This document shows, one piece after another, positions 1-10,052 of a stretch of 64,000 nucleotides of DNA. Numbering within the stretch: position 1 is the first letter of the stretch; every line of letters begins with the position of its first letter. Origin of the DNA: an uncultured Chloroflexia bacterium (GTDB lineage: Bacteria; Chloroflexota; Dehalococcoidia; DSTF01; JALHUB01). The DNA lies in contig OY969814.1 in assembly GCA_963703345.1 (NCBI GenBank), positions 1,760,001 to 1,824,000 on the forward strand. Direction: 5' to 3'. The notes below the pieces were generated by a model that worked only from the letters and a program-made list of their open reading frames with translations, had not been told where the DNA came from and ran no database searches. The position numbers and the translations under genes were made by a program.

Positions 1-134
1 GCGATGAACAGGAGACAGGCGACGGCGACCTTCTTGCGCAGGAGACGTCGCAGGGCGAGGGCCAGCGGGCCGCGCGCCGGCCGCTCGGCTTCGAGGCCTT
101 CTTCGAGGTAAGGGCTAGAACTGCTGCCGCTCAT
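1..134 (-). CDS. oppC: Oligopeptide ABC permease OppC/DppC, 5' part (runs off window)
   Basis: ATG at 134 reads MSGSSSSPYLEEGLEAERPARGPLALALRRLLRKKVAVACLLFI, typical of the OppC N-terminus; overlaps the end of oppB. Confidence 0.75.
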   Translation of the reverse strand, partial: MSGSSSSPYLEEGLEAERPARGPLALALRRLLRKKVAVACLLFI

Positions 135-1065
135 AGCGCACCCGCGGGTCGATCAGCGTGTAGGCGATGTCGATGGCGATGTTGGCGACGACGAAGGCGA
201 CCGCCAGGATGACCGTAAGCGCCAGAATAACGTTGTAGTCGCGGCTCTGGACAGAATTGAAGGCGAACTGGCCTATTCCCGGCACGCCCAGGAGCGTCTC
301 GGCGAAGAAGGCACCTTCCACCAGCGTCGCCAGAGAGATGCCGATGACGGTGATGAGCGGCAGCAAGGAGTTGCGCACGACGTGCCGGCTGATGACTCTG
401 AACTCGCTCAACCCCTTGGCGCGGGCGGTGGTGACGTAGTCCTCCCTCAACACGGACAAGGTCGTCGCCCGGGTGAGGCGGGCCACACCGGCGATTCCCG
501 GCAGGGAGAGCGCCAGCGCCGGCATGACGATGCGCTTGTCGAAGATACCGCCCCAGCCGGAGGCGGGCAACCAGTGCAGCTTGAGCGTGAACACGAGGAG
601 CATGACGGGCACGGCTACTACCACCGGAATGGACTGGAAGAACAGGAAGACGCTGATCGAGAAGGGGTCGGTCCATTTGCCCTGGCGAAGGGCGGCGAAC
701 ACGCCAACAGGCACGCCCACGGCGAAGACGATGAGCAGCGCCACGAGCCCCAACTGCGCCGAGCGCCAGACCTTGGGAAAGATAACCTCGGAGACGTCAC
801 GGTTGCGGTAGATCAGGCTTTCGCCCAGGTTGCCGTGCGCCAGGTTCTTCAGGTAGATGGCGTACTGCTCGAAGAACGGCTTGTCGAGTCCTTCCGCATG
901 GCGGACGCGCTCCCAAGCAGCGGGGTCGCTGTACTGGCCCTGGATGACACGAATCGGGTCGCCCGGGCCGAAGCGCACGACGGCGAAGGCGATGAACGTG
1001 ACGGCGAGGAGGATGACAGGCGCCCAGAGAAGTCGCCGGACTATGTAGGGGAGAAGCCCTTGCAT
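115..1065 (-). CDS. oppB: Oligopeptide ABC permease OppB/DppB
   Basis: PGDP, GLDKP, G-LG-S and EAA loop (DYVTTARAKGLSE) motifs; C-terminal DPRVR. Confidence 0.92.
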   Translation of the reverse strand: MQGLLPYIVRRLLWAPVILLAVTFIAFAVVRFGPGDPIRVIQGQYSDPAAWERVRHAEGLDKPFFEQYAIYLKNLAHGNLGESLIYRNRDVSEVIFPKVWRSAQLGLVALLIVFAVGVPVGVFAALRQGKWTDPFSISVFLFFQSIPVVVAVPVMLLVFTLKLHWLPASGWGGIFDKRIVMPALALSLPGIAGVARLTRATTLSVLREDYVTTARAKGLSEFRVISRHVVRNSLLPLITVIGISLATLVEGAFFAETLLGVPGIGQFAFNSVQSRDYNVILALTVILAVAFVVANIAIDIAYTLIDPRVRYERQQF

Positions 1066-1092
1066 CGCCTAACGCTCCCGCCGCTGTCGCGT

Positions 1093-2713
1093 CTAAGTTT
1101 CGATCGTCACGTATCGCAGGTAGGGCATGACGATCGGCGGCAGGAAGAAATTCTTCACGTAGGGTTTCACAACCACGTTGTCGCGGGCGTTGTAGAGCGG
1201 TATCCAGGGTGCGTCGCCCACGATTATCTGTTCGGCCTGCTGGTAGAGGGCCATGCGCTTGCTTGTATCCTGCTCCGTTCGCGCCTGAAGGAGCAGATTG
1301 TTGAACGTCCGGGTTGTTGTAGTGCGAAGTGTTCTGGTGACTCTGGCTGTAGAAGAGAATGTCGAGAACGTCCTCGGGATCGGGGTAGTCCATCACCCAG
1401 CCGGCGGTGAACATCTGGTACTGCCCCTTGTCGAGGTCCTGCCAGAAGGTGGCCTGCTCGGTCTGCTGGATCTCCACTTCGACGCCGAGATTCTGCTTCC
1501 ACATCTCGACCATCGCCTGGACGTCGTTGCCCGCGCTGGCGCCGGCGCCCACTTCGCTTATGGTGATCTTGGGCAGGCCCGAGGCCCCGCCGTAGCGAGA
1601 TTCGGCCAGCAACTGCTTCGCCTTGTCCGGATCGTACGGTTGAGCGGTCACGGTTGAAGTGTAGCCGGGCACGCCCGCCGGCATGACACCGGTGGCGGCC
1701 GACATCATGTCCTTGAGGACGACGTCGACGATCTTCTGGCGATCGATGGCGAGCCCGAAGGCCTGGCGCACCTTCACGTCGTCGAAAGGCGCCTTCTGGG
1801 TGTTGAAGCCGATGTACCAGACGGACATCTCGTCGGCGGAAACGTACTCGCTGTGGAGGGGATCGTTAGGGTCGCGCACACGGTCGATGTCATTGGAGCT
1901 GACGCCAGCCACGTCGACCTCGTCGTCCTGGTACTGAGTCATTTGGGAGCCGCCGGAGAGGAGGAATTGGACCGTTTTCAGAGCCGGCACGCCGAGGTGA
2001 TAGCGCGGGTTGGCTTCCAGGGTCATGCTCTCGCCCAGCTTCCATTCCTTCACCTGGAAGGGGCCGGTGCCGCGCGGTTTCTTCAGCCAGTTCGTGGGGT
2101 CGCTTTCCACCTGCGTGCGGTCGACGACGAAGGCCGTGGGCGAGGCCATCTTATCGATGAAGAAGGGCTTGGCGGCGTCGATCGTTATGCGCAGCGTAAA
2201 GTCGTCCACGGCTTCGATGCCGCTAATCGATTTCGCGTTGCCGTTGATCATGTCCGTGGCGCCGACGATGTCGCCGAGGTAGGCTTCGGCGACGGTTGAG
2301 GCGGTAGCCGGGTCGGCGGCGCGCTCGATCGAGTACTTGAAATCGGCGGCGGTAACCTGGCGGTAGGTCTGCTGAAATACGACATCGTTGCGTAGGTGGA
2401 ATGTGTAGACCGTGCCGTCGGCGCTGATGTCCCAGCTCTTGGCGATGTCGGGCGCGATCTTGAGGTCTTTATCCAGGGTTACGAGGCCGCCGAAGATCTC
2501 GACGATGTAGCTGGCGGAGGTGGCGTCGGTGGCGATGGCCGGGTCGAGGGTGAGCGGGTCGCTGCCAGTGAGGCGAAGGGTGGGACCGGAGCCGGAGCCG
2601 CCGGCGCTGTTGCCTGCGCTCTGGCTGCTATTTCCGCCGCCGCCGCAACCTGTGACAGCGGCAACAAGCGCGAGTCCTGACAGTAACGCCGCAACAGCAA
2701 GCAGCCTCTTCAT
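1093..2713 (-). pseudogene. oppA: Peptide ABC substrate-binding lipoprotein OppA with an apparent +1 frameshift near 1304
   Basis: Lipobox AVTGC, TLDPA, GTGPF, W-MDYPDP. After NNPDV an OppA-like C-terminus (NNLLLQARTEQDTSKRMALYQQAEQII...YVTIET*) continues in another frame to the stop at 1093. Confidence 0.8.
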
Positions 2714-2756
2714 CGCTTCGGTCTCCTTACTACCGATCTCCGGTCATCGAACCTAT

Positions 2757-2801
2757 CGCCGAGGCTGGAAAGCCATGCTTGCGCAGGCAGGCCCCGGCTA
2801 C
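2757..2801. repeat. REP-like palindrome interrupted by a second small palindrome
   Basis: CGCCGAGGCTGGAAAGCC is identical to 35541-35558; it is followed by ATGCTTGCGCAGGCAGGC and then CCCGGCTAC. Confidence 0.55.
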
Positions 2802-2820
2802 GTCTCCTTGTTTCTTGACT

Positions 2821-4665
2821 CTACTGAAGATCGGCCTGCGGCGCTCCCTCCACAGGGGCGATCACCTCCGTTTGCTTCGTAATGGCTATGCCGAGCTCTT
2901 CCAGTTGCTTCGGCGATACGGGTGACGGCGCGCCCATCATCGGGTCGTAGGCGCTTTGCGTCTTCGGGAAAGCGATGACTTCGCGGATGTTGGGCGCGCC
3001 AGTCAGGAACGCGACGATGCGGTCGAGGCCGGCGGCGATTCCGCCGTGGGGCGGCGCGCCGTACTCGAAGGCTTCGAGCATGTGGCCGAAGCGATACTGC
3101 GCCTCTCCGCGCGCGATGCCCAGCAGGTCGAACACCTTCTCCTGGACTTCGCGGCGGTGGATCCTGATGCTGCCGCCGGCGCCCTCCATGCCGTTAATGA
3201 CGAAGTCGTAGGCTTTGCTGCGCGCCTTCCCTGGATCGCTTTCCAGGAGCGCCACGTCCTCGTCTTTCGGCGCGGTGAACGGGTGATGGACGCTGTCCCA
3301 GCGCTGCTCGCTCTCGCTCCAATCGAACAGCGGGAAGTCGACGACGAAGCAGCAGGCGGCGGTCTGCGGGTCGGCAAGCTCGAGACGGGCGGCCATCTCG
3401 CGTCGCAGGGCGTCGAGGGCGGCGCTGGCGATCTTCGGCTGATCGGCGACGATGATGAGCAGGTCGCCGCGCCTGGCGTCGGTGCGCTGCGCGAGCCCCT
3501 TTATCAGCTCGAGGCTGAGGTGGCTGTGCATCGGCGAGCGCACATCCTCCATCGTGAGGCCGTCGATGGGCCCTTCGCCGAGGAGGGCGACGGAGATGAG
3601 TCCTTTGCCGCCCTGGTCTTCGACAAACTGCGTCAGGCTGTCGACGTCGCGGCGGGTGAAGACGGAGGCGCCCGGAGCGGCAAAGCCGCGTATCTGGCCG
3701 CCGGCGGCAATGACGTCGCGGAAGACGGCGAAGTCGCAGGTTGGGCCCAGGTCGGTCACGTCGGCGAGCTCCATGCCGTAGCGGATGTCGGGCTTGTCGG
3801 TGCCGAAGCGACGCATTACGTCGTCGTAGGCGAAGCGCGGGAAGGGCACTGGACTGAGCTTGATGTCGGGTCGCAGCTCGCGAATCATGCCGGCGAACAG
3901 CTCTTCGATGAGGTCCAGGATGTCTTTCTGGTCTATGAAGCTCATCTCCATGTCGAGCTGCGTGAACTCGGCCTGGCGGTCGGCGCGAAAGTCTTCGTCG
4001 CGGAAGCAGCGGGCTATCTGGTAGTACTTTTCGAAGCCGGCGACCATCAGCAACTGCTTGAGCTGCTGCGGCGACTGCGGCAAGGCGTAGAAGTTACCGG
4101 GATAGACACGGCTGGGCACGAGGTAGTCGCGGGCGCCCTCCGGCGTGCTCTTGGTCAGGATGGGCGTCTCGATGTCGTAGAAGCCGCGGGCGTCGAGGAA
4201 GTCACGGATGTACTTGGTGACGCGATGTCGCATGCGGAAGCGGTCGTGGACGGTGATTCGGCGCAGGTCGAGGTAGCGATAGCGCAGCCGCAACAGGTCG
4301 TCGACTTCGACTTCTTCATTTATGTAGAACGGGGGCGTCTTGGCGACGTTCAAAACGCTCGCCTCGCGGGCGACGACTTCGACTTCGCCGGTTGGGAGGG
4401 CTGCGTTCTCGGTGCCGGCGGGCCGCGGCGAGACTGTGCCGCGCACCTGGAGGACGTATTCGTTTCGCACCTCGCCGGCGGCTTCGTGGGCTTCGGGAGC
4501 GGTCTTGGGGTTGAAGACGACCTGGACGAGGCCGCGGGTGTCGCGCAGGTCGATGAAGATGAGACGGCCGTGGTCCCTCCGGCGATGCACCCAGCCGGCG
4601 AGCAGCACTTCCTGGCCGCTGTCCTCTTTGCGGAGGTCGCCGCAGTAGTGTGTCTTATGGTGCAC
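2821..4665 (-). CDS. aspS: Aspartate--tRNA ligase, probably non-discriminating
   Basis: THYCG, RRDHG, LPQSPQ, FRDED-RADRQ-EFTQ, HHPFT, GLDR motifs; GTG start at 4665 with GAGGAG RBS. Confidence 0.96.
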   Translation of the reverse strand: MHHKTHYCGDLRKEDSGQEVLLAGWVHRRRDHGRLIFIDLRDTRGLVQVVFNPKTAPEAHEAAGEVRNEYVLQVRGTVSPRPAGTENAALPTGEVEVVAREASVLNVAKTPPFYINEEVEVDDLLRLRYRYLDLRRITVHDRFRMRHRVTKYIRDFLDARGFYDIETPILTKSTPEGARDYLVPSRVYPGNFYALPQSPQQLKQLLMVAGFEKYYQIARCFRDEDFRADRQAEFTQLDMEMSFIDQKDILDLIEELFAGMIRELRPDIKLSPVPFPRFAYDDVMRRFGTDKPDIRYGMELADVTDLGPTCDFAVFRDVIAAGGQIRGFAAPGASVFTRRDVDSLTQFVEDQGGKGLISVALLGEGPIDGLTMEDVRSPMHSHLSLELIKGLAQRTDARRGDLLIIVADQPKIASAALDALRREMAARLELADPQTAACCFVVDFPLFDWSESEQRWDSVHHPFTAPKDEDVALLESDPGKARSKAYDFVINGMEGAGGSIRIHRREVQEKVFDLLGIARGEAQYRFGHMLEAFEYGAPPHGGIAAGLDRIVAFLTGAPNIREVIAFPKTQSAYDPMMGAPSPVSPKQLEELGIAITKQTEVIAPVEGAPQADLQ

Positions 4666-4901
4666 TTTTTCTCCTCGAGGCGGTTGTTTTGCGCTTGCGT
4701 TAGAGTGTCGCATGGGGAGAGCGGCCAAGTCAATCTGGGGGGAGGGGAACAGGGCCACGCGGGAGGGCGGGTGGGAAGATCGTCGCAGATGTTACGAGAA
4801 GCGGCAGCGAGCAGCGCCGGCAGCGCCGGCAGCGTCAACCGCTATTCGGCGGCCGCCTGCCCGTGGAACGCGGCGGCAGCGGGTGCTACGATCGGACAGA
4901 G

Positions 4902-6080
4902 ATGAGCGAGTGTCGAAGCATCTACGTCCACATCCCGTTCTGTCGCAGTAAGTGCGCCTACTGCGACTTCAACTCGTATGCGAGACAGGCACGCCTCATT
5001 CCCAGCTACGTCGACGCCCTGCTGCGCGAGGCGGCGTTTTGGGCGGAGACAGGCGCCGTCGGAGGCGTCGACACGCTGTACGTCGGTGGCGGGACGCCCA
5101 GCCTGTTGCCGGGGGAAGCGGCGGAACGCCTCCTCGCCGGCCTGCGACGTCTCTTCACCGTCGCCGGCGACGCGGAGATAACGTTCGAGGCGAACCCGGA
5201 GAGCGCGGCAGCCGACCACCTGCGAGCGCTCCGTGGCATCGGCGTCAATCGCCTCAGCCTCGGCGTCCAGAGCTTCGACGACGGGGAGTTGCGCCTGCTC
5301 GGCCGCATCCACGACGTCGCGACGGCAGAGACGGCGTTCCGGGCCGCGCGGGAGGCCGGATTCGAATCTGTCAACCTGGACCTGATCTTCGGGCTGCCGG
5401 GGCAGGCGCTGTCAGGGTGGCAGCAGTCGCTGGAGAAGGCGGTCGAGCTGTCGCCGGAGCACCTGTCGCTGTACGCGCTGACGCTGGAAGAGGGGACGCC
5501 GCTGGCCCGCCGCGTCGCGAAGGGCGAATGCGCGGAGCCGGACGACGATGAGCAGGCGGAGATGTACGCCTGGAGCAGCGGGCGGCTGGCCGTCGCCGGC
5601 TACGAGCAGTACGAGATATCGAACTGGGCGAGGTCCGGCCACCGCTGCCGGCACAACCTGACTTACTGGCGCTGCGAGCCATACCTGGGCCTGGGCGCGG
5701 GCGCTCACTCGTACCTCAGCGAATGGCGATTCGCGAACGTGAAGTCGCCGCGACGCTACGTCTCGGCAATCGAGAGGGTTGGCGCGTACGCGGTCGATTC
5801 GATGGGCGGGCCGGCGAAGCTGCCGCAGGTGGAGTCGGCGGAGCGGCTGGACGCGGCGACCGCGCTGGCGGACGCGATCATCCTCGGTCTGCGACTGAAC
5901 GACGGCGTATCACTCGCGGCGGTGGGCCGTCGCTTCGGCGTGGACGTCGGCGAGCGGTATCGCGGCGAGATTGCCTATCTGACGGATGTAGGCTTGCTGG
6001 AGGCGGTCGACGGGCGAACGCGGTTGACGGCGCGCGGCCGGCTTCTCGGCAACGAGGTTTTTCAGCGCTTCCTGCCCTAG
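4902..6080 (+). CDS. hemW: Radical SAM heme chaperone HemW (HemN-like)
   Basis: [35 protein letters not shown]. Confidence 0.9.
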   Translation: MSECRSIYVHIPFCRSKCAYCDFNSYARQARLIPSYVDALLREAAFWAETGAVGGVDTLYVGGGTPSLLPGEAAERLLAGLRRLFTVAGDAEITFEANPESAAADHLRALRGIGVNRLSLGVQSFDDGELRLLGRIHDVATAETAFRAAREAGFESVNLDLIFGLPGQALSGWQQSLEKAVELSPEHLSLYALTLEEGTPLARRVAKGECAEPDDDEQAEMYAWSSGRLAVAGYEQYEISNWARSGHRCRHNLTYWRCEPYLGLGAGAHSYLSEWRFANVKSPRRYVSAIERVGAYAVDSMGGPAKLPQVESAERLDAATALADAIILGLRLNDGVSLAAVGRRFGVDVGERYRGEIAYLTDVGLLEAVDGRTRLTARGRLLGNEVFQRFLP

Positions 6081-7132
6081 GCGAAGGCCTGCGGCGAGAC
6101 CGTCAGCCCGTGCAGCGACTTCACGGCTGACAGCACCTTGTCGATCTCACAGGCGGGCCTCTCAGGCGCCTTGCCGAACGGATCGGGCGTCGGCGCATCG
6201 CCCAGCAGCACTTCCAGGCACGTCCGCACGGACCACGCCTCGGCCAGCAGGTGGTAGCCGCCCTCCAGGACGCACACCAGGCGCCCCTCGCAGTGCTCCG
6301 CCGCTTTCCGGCGTAGAAACGACATCATCTCGCCGTAGCCGGCGACGCTCAGCGTCATGCTGGCCAGCGGGTCGTCGAAGTGGCCGTCGTAGCCGGCGGA
6401 GACGAGGATCAGCTGCGGCGCGTAGCGGTCGAGCAGCGGCTCTAGCGCTTCGCTGAAGACGCGTCGGTACTCGTCGTCGCCACAGCCGGCGGGAAGCGGC
6501 ACGTTGACGTTCAGACCGCGGCCCGCGCCGGCGCCCGTCTCCTCCAGGTGGCCGGTGCCCGGGTAGTAGGGGTACTGGTGCGTGGAGAAGTAGAGGACGG
6601 CGCCGTCCTCGTAGAAGGCGGCCTGAGTGCCGTTGCCGTGATGGATGTCGAAGTCGACGATGGCGACGCGTTCGATGCCGCGCCGTCTGATGGCGTGGCG
6701 GGCGGCGATGGCGACGTTGTTGAACAGGCAGAAGCCCATCGCGGCGTCCGGCATGGCGTGGTGTCCGGGCGGTCGCACGAGGCAGAAGGCGCTGTCGACG
6801 GCGCGGTCGAGGACGGCATCGGTCGCCTCGATGCAGCCGCCGCCGGCGCGCAGGGCGACGTCGTAGGAGCGCGGCGAGATGTAGGTGTCGGGGTCGGCCC
6901 AGGCGCCGCCGTGCTGCGCCATGTCGCGAATGGAGGCGATGTAGCGCTCGGAATGCACCATCGCGACCTCCTCGACGGTGGCGTCGCGGGCGGCCAGGGG
7001 GACGAGGCGGGCGGTGAGGCCGGCTTCGGTAAGGACGTGCATGATTGCGGTGAGCCGGAGGGCGCTTTCGGGGTGGGCGCCGGTGTCGTGCCAGAGGTAG
7101 AGGGGATCGTAGACCAGGCCGACGTTCGTCAA
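6077..7132 (-). CDS. Histone deacetylase family amidohydrolase
   Basis: [38 protein letters not shown]; probable TTG start with GGAGG RBS. Confidence 0.92.
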   Translation of the reverse strand: MTNVGLVYDPLYLWHDTGAHPESALRLTAIMHVLTEAGLTARLVPLAARDATVEEVAMVHSERYIASIRDMAQHGGAWADPDTYISPRSYDVALRAGGGCIEATDAVLDRAVDSAFCLVRPPGHHAMPDAAMGFCLFNNVAIAARHAIRRRGIERVAIVDFDIHHGNGTQAAFYEDGAVLYFSTHQYPYYPGTGHLEETGAGAGRGLNVNVPLPAGCGDDEYRRVFSEALEPLLDRYAPQLILVSAGYDGHFDDPLASMTLSVAGYGEMMSFLRRKAAEHCEGRLVCVLEGGYHLLAEAWSVRTCLEVLLGDAPTPDPFGKAPERPACEIDKVLSAVKSLHGLTVSPQAFA

Positions 7133-7331
7133 GATGTTGCGCCTCCCGCTAGGTCGCGTGCCCAATACAAGAATAAGACTTCCGCGGTGTAGATGCCACT
7201 TCCGGGCATAAGCGTAGGGAAACCGACGGAGAAGCGTCGGCTAAGCGTCAAGCAACGAGACGTCGAAGCCGCTAGAGTGGGGTGAGAGCCAGATGATCTT
7301 GGGCAAGTGTCTTGCGGTTTACGTACGCGCC

Positions 7332-7359
7332 TTGACAAGCGTCACGCAAAGGCTATGCT
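7332..7359 (+). promoter_or_regulatory. Candidate sigma70 promoter
   Basis: TTGACA-16 nt-TATGCT upstream of the 7379 ORF. Confidence 0.5.
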
Positions 7360-7378
7360 CGGATACTAGGGGAATAAG

Positions 7379-8137
7379 GTGAACAAGGAGGCACCTTTGA
7401 TGAAACGAATGCTCCGGCCGAAGACCCTCTCGATTGTTTTCGTCGTCGTCGCGGCCATAGCCGTTGGCGTAGGCATAGCCTGGGTGTTGGCCAGACCCAG
7501 CGATAGCGCGACCTCCCAGAGCAGAGGCCCAAACGTCCCTGACTTCTCGAACATCCCCCTGACGCCACCGTTTGCGATCCCAACAGCGCTTGCTACACCC
7601 CTGTCCCCCGAACAGCGAAGCTTGGAGCCGCCGCCGGGAGACCTGCCCACGCCTAACCCGGCAGCGCGAAATGCGGCTATACCGAACACCCGAAACGTGC
7701 CTGAGGGGTGGAAAGTGTATGACAACCCAAAATTCCAGTACACTTTCGCGCTCCCGCCTGACTGGCAGACGGACATGAAGCCCGAAGGAGGCTATTTCAC
7801 GGTCAGCAATCCTGCTGCCGTAGCGTCCAACACGGGGGGCACGGTCGTTCCCGGAGTCGTGGGCGGAGTTTTCGTTGGGGAACTCCGAATTGCGGCTGAC
7901 GCGTCGGCGGTTGATCATCTGTCTCAGCCCAACACTTCGTTTGGTCCATATCCAGGGGTAGTCTGGGAGAGTCTGAGTGAGGCAGACAAGGAGTACGGCG
8001 GCGCAAACACCGTGCACTTTGCATTCGCCAGGGGCGATCTCGTGTTCGATGGGCGACTGAACTTCCGCGTGGAGGGGTATTCGGCCTCCAGCGTGGAGGT
8101 TGCCTACCAGATCTTCAATAGCATCACTCCATACTGA
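7379..8137 (+). CDS. Hypothetical membrane-anchored exported protein (PsbP-like WKVYDNPKFQYTFALP segment)
   Basis: N-terminal TM helix and Pro-rich linker; the real start may be the ATG at 7400 after AAGGAGG. Confidence 0.65.
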   Translation: MNKEAPLMKRMLRPKTLSIVFVVVAAIAVGVGIAWVLARPSDSATSQSRGPNVPDFSNIPLTPPFAIPTALATPLSPEQRSLEPPPGDLPTPNPAARNAAIPNTRNVPEGWKVYDNPKFQYTFALPPDWQTDMKPEGGYFTVSNPAAVASNTGGTVVPGVVGGVFVGELRIAADASAVDHLSQPNTSFGPYPGVVWESLSEADKEYGGANTVHFAFARGDLVFDGRLNFRVEGYSASSVEVAYQIFNSITPY

Positions 8138-8211
8138 CGGAGAACCACGATGTTGCGAAGGATCGCCCGCTGATGCCGATGTGACGCTTCGTCGATTCTG
8201 AGAAGCTGAGT

Positions 8212-8973
8212 CTAGCCGGCGGCGAGCTTCTGCGTCTCCTGGAGGTAGGTGATGACGGCCAGCACCCGCGGGTGAATCGACGGGTCACGGCTGGAGACGA
8301 CCTGGCTGAAGATGGCGTTGATGTGGTTCTCCACCGATTTCTCTTCCAGCACGAGCGCCCGTCCGATGGCGCCGTTGCTGTAGCCCTTCGCCATCAGGTG
8401 CAGGACGTCCATCTGGCGGGGCGTCAGCCGGCCAAGGCGAGGGCCATGGGCGTCGTTTCGGCCGGAGAGGATGGCGGGATCGAGGACGACGAGTCCGGCG
8501 GCGGCGGCTTCGATGGCGCGCACGAGGCCCGTGGCGTCGGCAAGCGATTGCTTGATGATGTACGACCAGCCGGGCGTGTTCGGCGGCGGGTTCGTCGAGA
8601 GGTACTCGCGGTCGGTCTCGGCGGCGAGGACGACGATGCCTATGTGCGGCCACTCGGTCTTGACGGCGTGTACGGCGGCGAGCGCCTGGGTGTTGCCGTC
8701 GAGGCGGACGTTGACGAGGAGGACGTTGGGCTGGAGCGAGACGCACAGGCCGCGAAGATCGTCCTTGCTCGTCGCGGTGCCTGCGACCTCCATATGCGGC
8801 TGAGTCGACAGGGCCAGGCGGAGCATGTCACGCCAGAGGCCCTCGTCCTCGACGATTAGTAGACGCAGCCTGTCGCCGTTGAGCTGTCCTTGCATGCGCT
8901 CAGACCAGTCTCCTGAAAAGCTTCCTGCCTTCGCGGCAGAGGAATCGACGCCTGCCGTAGGATGTCCTTCCAT
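8212..8973 (-). CDS. NarL/LuxR-family response regulator with atypical receiver domain
   Basis: LLIVEDE receiver start; C-terminal HTH LTPRQMDVLHLMAKGYSN...SVENHINAIF; start may be further downstream. Confidence 0.88.
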   Translation of the reverse strand: MEGHPTAGVDSSAAKAGSFSGDWSERMQGQLNGDRLRLLIVEDEGLWRDMLRLALSTQPHMEVAGTATSKDDLRGLCVSLQPNVLLVNVRLDGNTQALAAVHAVKTEWPHIGIVVLAAETDREYLSTNPPPNTPGWSYIIKQSLADATGLVRAIEAAAAGLVVLDPAILSGRNDAHGPRLGRLTPRQMDVLHLMAKGYSNGAIGRALVLEEKSVENHINAIFSQVVSSRDPSIHPRVLAVITYLQETQKLAAG

Positions 8974-9375
8974 CGATAGAGCCCGAGTCTGTTATCGGGC
9001 AGAGGACATGTATCTTTAGGGCTAAGGGACCGATTCCGACGTTGAGCCGAAAATCGCTCCTTTTCCCCTAGGCAAGCTCCCTTAAGACGAGCAGTTTCCC
9101 CGGAAACGATTCAGGTTCGTTTGGATTCAGCCGTGGGTGCCAGCACCCAGGTCAAATTGGGTACGGGCACCATGCTGTTCTCTCTCAGGGAGGACGAAAA
9201 AACCAGCGGCAAGGAAAAGGATTTCTGGTCCTGAACGCCGCCGGCGCCGTGTCTTCAAGAGATACGACGAATCGGCGAAGGACAGCGGAATCGAGAGTCG
9301 AGACGCTGGCAAACAGGACGCCGTGGCGGACCAGAGAATCCCGCCATTAGCAAGCAATAACAGGGAGGCAAGCGA

Positions 9376-9963
9376 ATGAAGACATTAATGAGGCTCTTTG
9401 GGAGAGCCACTCACGGGGAGGATGGCATCACCGGCCTGGAGACGGCCATCATCCTGATCGCGTTCGTAGTGGTGGCGACTGTCTTTGCGTTCGTCGTGCT
9501 GAGCACAGGTCTGTTCAGTTCTGAGCGAGGCAAAGAGGCGGTCTACTCCGGACTCGCGAAAACCGAGGGTTCGCTGGAGTTGAGGGGCAGTGTCATCGCC
9601 AACACCGACGGCACGATCGTGGATAATATCGTCTTCGACCTGGCCAACGCGGCCGCCGGCGAGCCCGTCAACCTCGATCCCGCCGCTACGAGCAACAAGA
9701 TGGTCATCGCCTACCGCGACGCCAGTACCAACATCCCCAGCATCGACTGGAGCGTCACCTGGCTGGTGCCAGCAACGCCGGTAGCGAACCAGGGCAACCT
9801 GCTGTCGGAAGGTAAGCTGGCGGAGATAAAAGTCGACGTCACCGCCCAGAACCTGGGGCCCAACCAGCCTTTCGTCATCGAGGTGAAGCCACCGCTCGGC
9901 GGCACGATGGTGATCGCCAGGACCACGCCGGCAGGACTGGACACGGTGGTCGACCTGCACTAG
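9376..9963 (+). CDS. arlB: Archaellin (archaeal flagellin)
   Basis: Class III signal EDG|ITGLETAIILIAFVVVATVFAFVVL; LLSEGKLAEI and FVIEVKPPLGGTMVIARTTP archaellin C-terminal patterns; GGAGG RBS. Confidence 0.93.
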   Translation: MKTLMRLFGRATHGEDGITGLETAIILIAFVVVATVFAFVVLSTGLFSSERGKEAVYSGLAKTEGSLELRGSVIANTDGTIVDNIVFDLANAAAGEPVNLDPAATSNKMVIAYRDASTNIPSIDWSVTWLVPATPVANQGNLLSEGKLAEIKVDVTAQNLGPNQPFVIEVKPPLGGTMVIARTTPAGLDTVVDLH

Positions 9964-10052
9964 CAAGAGTTCATTGCCGCGAAGGCGGCGCGGCGACGCC
10001 AAAGTGAGGGGTCGCAGCCGGAAAAGCGCCGTCATGGCAGGGAGGCAGAAGC

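Noticed and set aside
797-1092. Extended OppA C-terminus overlapping oppB
   Set aside because: Artefact of the frameshift near 1304.
2956-4905. 649-aa plus-strand ORF
   Set aside because: Antisense shadow of aspS, as expected with GC-rich codon usage.
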